Shown here one piece after another: positions 25,002 to 35,129 of a DNA stretch of 64,000 nucleotides (position 1 is the first letter of the stretch; each line of letters opens with the position of its first letter). The stretch is taken from contig WELB01000002.1 in NCBI GenBank assembly GCA_009602725.1, positions 1,399,892 through 1,463,891 on the forward strand. The letters are read 5' to 3'. The notes under the pieces were generated by a model. That model saw only the letters and a program-made list of their open reading frames with translations, was not told where the DNA came from and searched no databases. The position numbers and the translations under genes are program-made. Origin of the DNA: Spirogloea muscicola (lineage: Eukaryota).

Positions 25002-27318
25002 TTAGAACTGGCCTCCACGCTCCCAGGTGTATATGTCCCCCTTGGGCCTAGGGCAGTCGCGCAGGACGCTCTCAATGCGGCCCAGGTCGGACTCGTCAAG
25101 CTCGAATGTAAAGAGCTTCTGATGGTCAGCCACATGCTGGGCATTCCGTGCCCCAACAATGACCGCGGCGACCTGGGGCCTCGTCAGCACCCATTTGGTG
25201 GCAATGTTGGCAATACTTGTGCCGTGCTTGTCGGCAATGGGCTTGAGGACGTCAAGCAGCGACTGCAAAGTGCTCCAGCCGCCGATCTGGCAAAATACAG
25301 GCGCTCGACACAGCTTATGTGATCGGAAGGTTGCACAGGAAACAAGGATGCTTAGCTCCTGAGTACTTCTTGGACACGCACTGGGGATTGATAGGGAGGA
25401 ACACGGCAAGGAAGTTTGCTTGTAGCCTATGTGTGCCAAGAACTCTTGAAGGCACCAATTGATGATGGAATGTGAATGAGCAGCACACCTGATTCAAGAC
25501 CGAGAAGTACTTTGACTTACTGTAGGTGTCCAGCCGCACTTCCTGCTGAGCGACATCGTATGGCATTCCTACATACCTGCGCACAACCGAAACAATTCCA
25601 GCTTGACAACTCTGAAACCTAAGCAGATCTAGCATTGTGATTCTCGACAAGAAGACAGACAGAGGAGGCCGAATGGATTGAGCTGCAAACTTGTCGGAGA
25701 GGAAGCCCCCCGCCACCACACCAAAGGGGAGGACGCTGATCCCATGAGCTCTGCAGAACTCTACGTGGCCGTTTTCTGGCCGTCGATCGAGCAGGGAGTA
25801 CTGCACTTGGCTGGAGACTACCCTCACACCTGCGTCCAAGAGCTCTTTGATCCTCTTGTTGTCAAAATTGGTGACTCCTATATAGCTGATCTTGCCCTCA
25901 TCCTGCTCAAGAGAACAAGCAACAGCTCAACAAGATGATCTCAATGCAGAACTTCGAGATTTATCTTGAACAACCAAATAAGAGAGACGGAAGTTGAGGC
26001 CGGAAAGATAGTGCCGCTGACTTGCTGTAACCCACAGCATCATTCATCTCCTTTGCACCTCGATGTGATTGAGAGACAGGGTGTCAAGTGACTCCCAGCG
26101 CACCTGCAGCTCTGCAAGATACCTTGCGGCCTGCACGTAGTTCTTAACCGCATAGTCATTCCAGTAGAATTGCACCAAGTCAAGCTTCTTCACTCCAAGC
26201 TCCCTCATTGACTTGTCTATACTCTTCCTGACATAGTCCTTAGTGATGCTACCTTGTGCAGCGCCAAACACGCAGAATTTTGTGTACACCTGCACAGGGC
26301 TGCCGCACCACAATTGGGTCCATGTGACCCTTCAACGAATAAGTTGAACAACAGCAAGCAGCGCCTACGAAAACCTTGTAGCTTACATCTCAGCCTCTGC
26401 TTCACTGCTGAAGCTGCACTACTGCTCACCTGCTACTTCCCTTAAGGTACTGGCCAATCAGTGACTGCGAGGCCCCGTAGATGTCGGCAGTATCAAAGGT
26501 GGAGATGCCGGCATTGACAAACGGCTGGAAGTCCCGCACGGCAGCCTCTCCGCTCGTCTCGTCAGTGGCAGGGTCACCACGATGACCACCAGCTAGCTGC
26601 CAGCAGCCCTGTGGGACAGCCACGCAGTTATGCATGCTGTGCTCAGACTCCACTGCCAAAACAGGTACAAATGGTGCTGGGCGCAGCAGTGCAGAACTTT
26701 GGCGCTTCTCTCATGCGCAGTATTGAGAGAAGGCGCGCGGTGCGTATGAAATTGAAAGGAAGGCCAATGCTAGCCTTACAAATGTCCTTTTTACTGGGTA
26801 ATGAGCTGGCTAAGGGGGAGTATTGCACAGAGTCTCGGCGTCCAAGTCGGTGACAAGCCTCTGGTATTGACGAGATGTCCCAGTGCCCGCGCATTCAGGG
26901 CTCAAGTAATTAATTTGGACAACAGGGACAAAGTGTGCAGAAGCCAAGGACTGAGGTCTAGACGAAGGTGTCACTATCTAGGAAATCAAGGCTTGGGGTC
27001 TTTACATTGAGTTCTGTAAGAGTGTTGGCTTTGGTACAACGGCATATCACAAGTGCAAGCGTTGCCCGGCGTGCCAGCGACATGCACCTTGATGATGCTC
27101 GACGGCGTCAAGCCGGGTGCGATCTCGCGGCCCCGCGGCACGGGCGGGAGCTCCTCCGCGCCGCCACCGGCCGCCAGGCCGCTGCCGGGCGCGACGGCAG
27201 CGGCGNGGCAGTCACGGCAGCCGAGCCCGTCGCCAGGAGCACCCTCCGGCTGGCAGGAGCTGCTGGGAGCTCCCCCGCCCGGCACTGCGGCGCCTGGCCC
27301 GCCGCCGGAGCCTGCCAT
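25002..27318 (-). CDS. Aldo-keto reductase (plant At1g06690/Tas-like); N-terminus may extend to 27577
   Basis: IIK/GCWQLAGGH, FDTADIYG, VYTKF, LDLVQFYW, IGVTNF, QVQYSLLDRRP, VAGGFLSDK, VIVGARN, GDIYTWERG. Confidence 0.9.
26725..26785 (-). mobile_element. Family A-variant retroelement tip in the first large intron of the aldo-keto reductase
   Basis: Reverse complement of 38597-38655 (catttgtaaggctag...gcaccgcgcgccttctc). Confidence 0.8.
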
Positions 27319-28437
27319 GGCGCCCTCGGCGACGGCGCTTCAGCCGCAAATCGCGGCGCCTCTACGCCATGGCGCCGCGGGAGTCCCGCAGCTCCCGCCG
27401 CCGCCAACACCGGCACGGCGCGGCAGTGGAGGGCCTCGTCTCGACCTGCGGGCGTCCTCCACGGCAGCGCCCCGGCCGGAGCCGCCGGAGTATCTCGCGT
27501 GGACCCGGCCAGGCCGGCGCCGCCTTGGCGACGGCAAGGCCGGCGGCGGCGCTGGCTGCGCCAGCGGCGCCGGTCATGAGCTCTGGCTGCAGCTCCGCAG
27601 CCTTCCCAGCTCCAGCAGCAGCAGCAGTTAAATGAGCGCCTTTGGCTCCTTCGGACCTTGTCGATCAGCCTTTCGGGCTGGCTGTTCACAGCCCTTGCCC
27701 CCTTTGAAACAGCCACTTTGTTTCTATCAAGACTCTCGCTGAACCAAGCTCTCACTGCAATGCAATTGATTGTGTGTCAGCACCCAGAGACCATAAGTGC
27801 AGACGAAGCCGGATCAACTTGGGCTCTTCAAGGCGTGGCTCATGGAGCTGGCCTTGTGGGCTTGCCACGTCATTGGTTGCCTAGCCCGGACCTGGCATCT
27901 AGGAATGATAAGACCGTGCAAGCACCTGAGGGATCACGTCAATTGGTGACTAAGGTAGCGCTGCTGGGCTCCTGGCAGTCGTCCACTCTTGATCTACTCT
28001 TGATAGCTGACCTCTGAAAACCGCATAGGATGGGCGCACATTGTAGCACGGCAAAGCAATGACACGTGGCATCAGAAGGAGCCAGGAAGAGTAATGCACT
28101 ACTCTTCATACTTATTGTGTATCAAATGGGTCCTATCAAATAGCGAGAGCAGAGTCATAGAGACATGTCATGAATAATCTGAGTGCTCCACAAAGGCAGG
28201 AGTATTGTAAAATGGTGGTCCTAGCTACACATAAGCTTTTCACATAGGTCGTAATGAAGCGGCAGTAGCACCGCCCTCTAGTTTGAGTAAAGGAGTTGCG
28301 GAGGACATCGACGCAGTAGACATGATTGAACGGCGGGCTAATCACGAAACAATGCCAACAGGAGTGCTCATTTACAAGGACGGCCCAAGAGATATACTCA
28401 GAAGTGAGACAAGCCTCTGAGAGCTGCACTCTTGCTG

Positions 28438-31004
28438 TTATTGCCGGGGTGTCTTTCCATCAGCTGCATCCTTCCCGCTCGACCTGTCGAGCAGAGCCTG
28501 TACCTCGCACCGCTGCTGCTCAATCAGATAGCCACGGGCTGTGGAGGTGATGATGGACGCCAGGAAGCCCCCAAGCATGAGTATGACTATAGTGTTCCAG
28601 ATCGTCGCAATGGACAGCATGGTTGGCACCTGTCACATTGCAGGCACTGCCTACTTGACTTAGTCTCTCTACTATACACAACATGCAATTGATACAGTAG
28701 CGGCTTTGCGTACAAGAACCAGCGCACATAGCTGCGAAGCTGTGGCTGTGGCATGTAGTAGTGCTTTCTGAGGTGCCCTGGGAGCAGTCAATGAAGACAC
28801 ACATTTACTAACCTTCTTGAGGTGAGCAGAGGCAGGCGAGAGCTTCTCTTTGGCTCCATCCAGAGCAGCCATTACTTGTGGAAGTAGCTGACGTGGCAGT
28901 GGCAAAAATCTCAATACCCTCTCAAGGACATCCTCAATCTTCTCCAACGAGTGAGCATTGAATACAGTAGCAATGAACAGAGTCTACAAGCATAAGATAG
29001 TCAATATCACAACAAGGTGAGCAATGTAACAGTGGAGCCTGATTGCTGCTGAGCCAAGAGCATGTGATGGATCATGACAGTAGCTAGCCTAGATTTCACT
29101 TATGAAGCACTCCATCAAGGTGATGATAGCAAAGTGGCAATATATATAAAACCTAGTGAGTGCCTGGCGGTGGCTTCTGCTGACCTGAATGTGTGCCTTC
29201 ACAACAGCTTTACCAATAAGTGTGGCAAGGAAAAACTTCCAGAAGGGCACCAGGAAGTGCCCACAAGTTATTCCAGCCAAGTCGAAGAGGGGATTAGGCA
29301 CCTGCAAGACATGACAGAGCTAAGCGCTGTGCTCTTCTTATGATGCTAGCTAACATTTGGCACTGACGTAGAGATTGCATTTAACACTGTACTCGTGAAT
29401 TATCCAATTTTGTCACAACCAACGGTCCATGAGCAACCTGACCTTACCGATGCAAAAGCCAATATTGCAATAAAGCCGAATTGTCTTGCATGGTTGACCA
29501 TCCAAAGCTTCACGCCATCGAAGAAGCCGCTACCCTCTCTACCATCGTTGCGATTGAAATTCTCCAGCGCATCCAGTCGTTCCCCTGACAGACGTGCTGC
29601 ACAGAAGGCAGGCAGCAGGACCGAGACACTTGAGAGACTATCATTGTCATTCCATCAATGACCTTGAAGAAAGTGAAGCTTGTGAGATTGCATAAGAGTT
29701 CGGACAAGTGGATGTCCACACCCTCTCGAGACACGAAGTATGGTGGCAGCTCTCCAATGGCAGTGCCAACGCCCCAAACGAAAGCCTCCAACTGCACACT
29801 CCTCACGATGTCAAGCAGTGGGACTTTGTAGCTCTCATGCTTGGATGGGAGCCTGGCGTAAAGAGGAGGCCCGAAAGCCGAGCAGCTCTTTCTTGCCCAT
29901 GACGAGTCCATGCCCCATTGCGGAGTGTCATAAGGAGCAGCTTTGATGTCAAGGCGGCCACAGTGAGTGCTCATGAGTGTGAATCGTGCTATATGAGGGC
30001 CAAGATAGAGGACAAAGGTGTGCAACCCGGAGCCTGCAGCATCAGCCAAACCAGCAGTCTGTCTTCAATCCAACATGAGGCATACAAGCTCTGATTGCCC
30101 AGAGTACTCACACAATGAATCAATTTTTGCGTCACCCTCATCAAGGCTGAGCGCAGTACAACAACGAAACAGATAGATGCCAAGGCGTAATTGTGGCCTT
30201 GCAAATACGTGGTGGAAGCATATTGGTCGATAGACAGTGTTGACATACCAAGCCCAATTGAGGATGCCACTCCCAGGCTGGTCCACCAAAGGACGAAGCG
30301 AGCATAAAGGAGGGAGACACGGGCAACCTGTTGCAGATCACAGATCAGGCTAGCTGTGTTGCAGTTGCAGCAGCTGCACAAGGTAGCTCAAGCTACTGCA
30401 TGCTCAACACCCAGTCGACCTCTGAGTTTCTAAGATCTACAGATGATTGCAAGCTTCCCAAGCTGCAATCTGCACGGGCTGCCAATGTTGATAGAGGGCC
30501 GTCAGCTGTAATACAGACAGCTCATGCTGCACAGGAGAGATGATCAAGCGCCATAGCCGCCTAAATATACGCAGATTAATTGGTATGTAAGCACACCTGG
30601 TTGCCACGACTATCCAAGTCAAGTAAGATGCAGATAATAATCAGAGCTCCAGTGCACATAAGCGCTACCACTCTGCTCCTGGCCACGTAGGCTGCACCAT
30701 AACGTGCGCGCTCCGACAGGGCGAGCGCAAAGTACTTGAGCGTCTGTAGGGGCTTCTTGGCCAGCTTGAGGCCATCCCTCTGACGCTCGTGCAGCTTGCG
30801 TAGACCTGCATGCAGTAAGTGACCAGTAGAAGGCATTAGCCAAAATCAGGCTAACAGTGAAGATACGCCCCACTCCCAGCTGGCTGAATGTTCGGCATGA
30901 CGGATTAACGAAGAGGTGAAGCGCTTGCAAGAAGCTGAACCTGTCAGCTCTGCCGCGCGCCTGTGTTCCAAGGCTGCCGCATCTTCATCCACGGTAGGAT
31001 CCAT
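28438..31004 (-). CDS. VMP1: Vacuole membrane protein 1 / KMS1 (DedA/VTT scramblase)
   Basis: [78 protein letters not shown]. Confidence 0.95.
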
Positions 31005-31456
31005 CACTGTGTGCTGGCGACTAGCGGTGAGAAGCCACGTTCTGGCCCGTCGTCCGAGGGCCCAAGCCTGGAGCCTCGGCAGTCGTCGCAGAAGGATCTG
31101 ATGGCGGCCCCGCGGCAGCGCCGGCGGGCGCTCGGGCTCCAGGCGTCAGCGGCACGGCAGCATGCTGCCTGCTGGCCAAAGCCCCTCGGCGCATCTCGGC
31201 GGGGCCGAGTCCGGCGCCACAGGCCTTGCTGCGCCGAGTCGAGTGAGCTAGTCCAAGGCAAGGCGAGCAGGCGCCATGGCTCGGCGGGCCCGCCGCCCGA
31301 TCGCGGCGCTGCAGGATGCGGCAGCGGGAGTGGCGGGGGGTGTCCGCTGAGGCGGGAATGGTCTTCCACTCCGCGGTGGCGTCTAGTGGCTTCGAATGAC
31401 CATTCTAACGGGCACAGCAGCGGAGTGGCTGCCACTGGCCTGACACTCCTGGAACA

Positions 31457-34400
31457 GAGAGAAGGCGCGCGGGGCGCATGAATTGAAAGGGAGGCCAATT
31501 CAAGCCAATACATTGTTCAGGCAGAGTCGAGTGCAGACTAAACAAGGCTACAGGAACAAGGGAGGAGGGTCAAAGTCTTTCTGACGCTGAGGCGCTGTGC
31601 GCTTTGAACACTTTTCTGGCCCCTTCGAATCACTTTCATTCTTTGTTCTGGGCTGGCCAATCACAGCCCTCGCCCTCTACTGGAAGAGCCTTCCCTCTCT
31701 CTGATGCTGCTGCTCACTACATATTACTAATAGTATATCTTACGTGGTCCTTGCTTAGTCAAGGAAGAGGCTTACCCACTTTTTGACAATAAGTAGACTT
31801 GTTGAGTCGTTGTGCGGTTCTTTGCGAGACGCCGAGCGGTCCAAGCCATTAGCCCCTGAGACGGTGCGGCCCAACGAAGCGGTAGACGTTGCGTCCCAAA
31901 GCGGGAACCCCCGCACTTCTTGGGCCGTACGGTGGCTCGCAGTGGCTGCTTCGCGGCCATCCCTAGTTGCACGGCGCGCAGTGTCCCGCAGGCGCGGTGA
32001 GCCGGCTGACTTCAACGCCGCTGGCTCGTGGGCTCAAGTCTATCGTATGAGATTGTCTGTATCCCTTCAGCAACTGGGTTACTGAGTAGTTAGTAGCTGC
32101 TTTGTTTCTTCTTGTGTGCTTCTTTCTTAGTGCTTCGCCTTAGTGCTTCGCCTGGCCCCCTTCTTCTTGGGCTTCTTGTACTCTGCTCATTCTTTTTTGG
32201 GCTGGCTGTTCCAGCCCCTATCCTCAATGGGCGAGCTCTTTCTTCAGCAAGCCATGCGTGCGGCGTCTGGACGTGGTCGCCAACCCCCGGGGCGGTGGGC
32301 CTCGTCTGCTCCTGGACGTGGTACTGTGATCGACGCATACAAGGCTGGCGCACCCACGTCAATCGTGTCTGGTTGGGCCACGTCCAGCGCGGAGCGCAAG
32401 AAGGAGCGGCACTACTGGGACCATCCCCAAGGGGACCATCTTTATCCGTGTGCCATGGATAAGTACTTAGGCTACGGCGTAAACTGGTCCTCCCTGATCC
32501 AGCATCTGGCCCGGCTAGTTGATGCGCGTCGTTCAAGTCGGGGGGGCAGCTTGGGCCACTCCAGCATTCCGCAGGCCTTAGTTGCATACTATAGAATGCG
32601 GCTCTCGCTTAGTTTGCAGCGCTCGCAAGCATTGGCTCTTCATCGACGTGCAGGGCGCGCTCTAAGTCAGGCCTCCGGCTTTCGTGGCAGCGCTCCAGCT
32701 CCCCAAGTCAGCTTGTCAGATTTGCTTGTGCTCACCCGTGGGTATTAATGTCACCTTAGGCCCCTTAGTTTAGGTCTCCGTATTATGTAGCCTTGTTTAG
32801 TCTGCACTAGACTCTGCCTGAACAATGTCTTGGCTTGCATTCATCCTCCCTTACATTTCATGCGCCCCGCGCGCCTTCTCTCTTCAGCGGTCCATGGCCC
32901 ACGCTCTGCATCTGCGTGCTGGCCGTGCTCTCGCAGCGGCCTCCGGCTTTCGTCAGGGGGATAGTTTTCCGGCAGCTAGTCTGTCGGATCTGTGGCTCCT
33001 CACTCGTAACTACTGAGTGATCCATCCTCCCCCTTTTCTGACATAGCATCTTCAGGCCCCTTTGTAGCTGCTACACGCTTGTAGGCCCCTCCGAACCTTT
33101 GTCAATTCTTTTTGGGCTGGCTTTTCGCAGCCCTTGCCCCCATTGGGAGTGCCACTTCTTCTTCGTAGTGACTGCTTATTGTTTCAAACTTTCCGGGCGG
33201 GCCGTCAATCGTCGTCAGCTACAGCAATGTGAGCTGCCCGGCTCAATGCCGCTGACTCGGGGTCACTAAGCTCCCATTCGCTGTGATCACTTGCATAGCT
33301 GTGTGGTCTTAGCGCCTTTCGGCCCTTTCAGACCTTGTCCATTCCTTTGTCCGCCACGCCGGCTGCCATCCTCCAGTGTACCCTTCCTACCAGCATAGGC
33401 GGCCTTGGGTGCCGTCCACTGGCTCGCCTATCCCAAGCAGCTCACCTGGGTTGCTGGGCCCAAGTGGCCTCCACCATCTCCAGTCGCTTCATCCTGAGGG
33501 GCCAGGCTATTATAGCACCCGCTATAGCGGGTGTTGCAACAGGGACCATGGCCTTCCAGCTTTCCCTAACCGCAGCACTGCATGACCTCTCGCGCTCCCT
33601 ACCAACACTTGCGGAGGGTCCTGCAGATTTTGCGGCATGGGCACGCTGTTCCGATAGGAAAGCGCAGGCTCACTACACTCACGCTGCGGACGTGCAGGCC
33701 GCCTCCGACTTGAAGGGACTGCTCAAAGAGAGAAGGCGCGCGGGGCGCATGAAATGAAAGGGAGGCCAATTCAAGCCAGTACATTGTTCAGGCGAAGGCT
33801 ACTGCAGACTAAACAAGGCTAAATATACCTAAAGTAAGGTGCCTAAGGTGACATCAATACCCACGGGTCAAAGACGATGGACGTGGCCTTACCCGGCTCC
33901 TTTCCATTAGCTCCCCGGGCGCGTCTGAGTGGCTTAATGCTCTGCCGATCTACGAGTCCCTTCGGCTCCCAGACAACCTCTTCCGCACGGCCCTCCACCA
34001 CCACCTTGGCCTCCCCCCCCCTTGCTTGGCTGGCATCCGCCAGTGCGAATGTGGCCACATTGCTGAGGACAAGCTCGCCCTAGCTGCGCACATGCTGAGG
34101 TGCGTTGAGGGGGGTGAGCGCATTGCCTCCCACGACTTACTCAGGGATATCATGTTTGGAATTGTGCGAGAGGCGGGGTACCATCCGGCGCTGGAGGTGT
34201 CCGGCATCATGCCAATCTCCTCAAGGCGCGGCAAGCCCTACGTGCGGCGTCTGGACGTGGTCGCCACCCCCCGGGGCGGTGGGCCTCGTCTGCTCCTGGA
34301 CGTGGTACTGATCGACGCATACAAGGCTGGCGCACCCACGTCAACCGTGTCAGGCTGGGCCACGTCCACCGCGGAGCGCAAGGAGCGGCACTACCAGGAT

Positions 34401-35015
34401 CATCCCCAAGGGGACCATCTTTATCCGTGTGCCATGGATATCTACGGAGGCTACGGCGTAAAATGGTCCTCCCTAATTCAGCATCTTGCCCGGCTGGTAG
34501 ATGCGCGTCGTCGAAGTCGGGGTGGCAGCTTGGGCCACTCCAGCATTCCGCAGGCCTTAGTTGCATATTACAGAATGCGGCTCTCGCTTGGTTTGCAGCG
34601 CTCGCAAGCATTGGCTCTTCATCAACGTGCAGGGCGCGCTCTAAGTCAGGCCTCCGGCTTTCGTGGCGGCGCTCCAGCAGCCCAAGTTAGCTTGTCAGAT
34701 TTGTTTGTGCTCACCCCTGCGTATTGATGTCACCTTAGGCACCTTACTTTAGGTATATTTAGCCTTGTTTAGTCTGCAGTAGACTTCGCCTGAACAACTG
34801 GCTTGAATTGGCCTCCCTTTCATTTCATGCGCCCCGCGCGCCTTCTCTCTTTGTCATGAACACCTGTATGCATCTGGCTGGCATTTCACAGCCGATTCTT
34901 TCATATCAGCAGCCGCTTTCTTGGGCTGGCCTTTCCCAGCCACCAGTCAATCTGGCCGCGCTTTCTACTTTCGGCCCTTCGGACTTGGTGGCGCGCGCTT
35001 TTACCTTCCTCGCTT
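31457..35015. mobile_element. Large nested cluster of CRE-like RLE non-LTR retrotransposon fragments (families A, B, C, D, F) between the divergent VMP1 and COX15 genes
   Basis: A tip (-) 31457-31552; D-like 31590-31700; B 31966-32071 resuming 32889-33165; C 32072-32240; A 32249-32880; D 33167-33349 resuming 34921; long A 33352-34848; F UTR 34853-34920. Confidence 0.92.
33352..34848 (+). mobile_element. 5'-truncated CRE-clade-like non-LTR retrotransposon: RT thumb, CCHC knuckle, PD-(D/E)xK RLE and 3' UTR
   Basis: QCTLPTSIGGLG (thumb), RLLSISSPGASEWLNALP..FRTALHHHLGLP, CECGH..HMLRC..GGER..SHD, RLDV..LLLDV, AERKERHY, LYPCAMD.YG, RLSLGLQRSQA. Flanked by 7-bp TSD CTTTGTC (33345-33351, 34849-34855). 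Confidence 0.92.
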
Positions 35016-35129
35016 GACGTGTCAAAAGCCCCAGAAGCTAAGTCGCCTGGCCTGAAGTCGACGTCACGACGCCAGCACCCCCTCCATCAGCGGCGCTGAG
35101 CGTGCACCACTCGAGCCTCCGCCGCCGCC

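Noticed and set aside
32065..32888. CRISPR-like repeat-spacer array
   Set aside because: The repeats are 7-12-bp TSDs with inserts of very unequal length that are retroelement ends; eukaryotic context and no cas genes.
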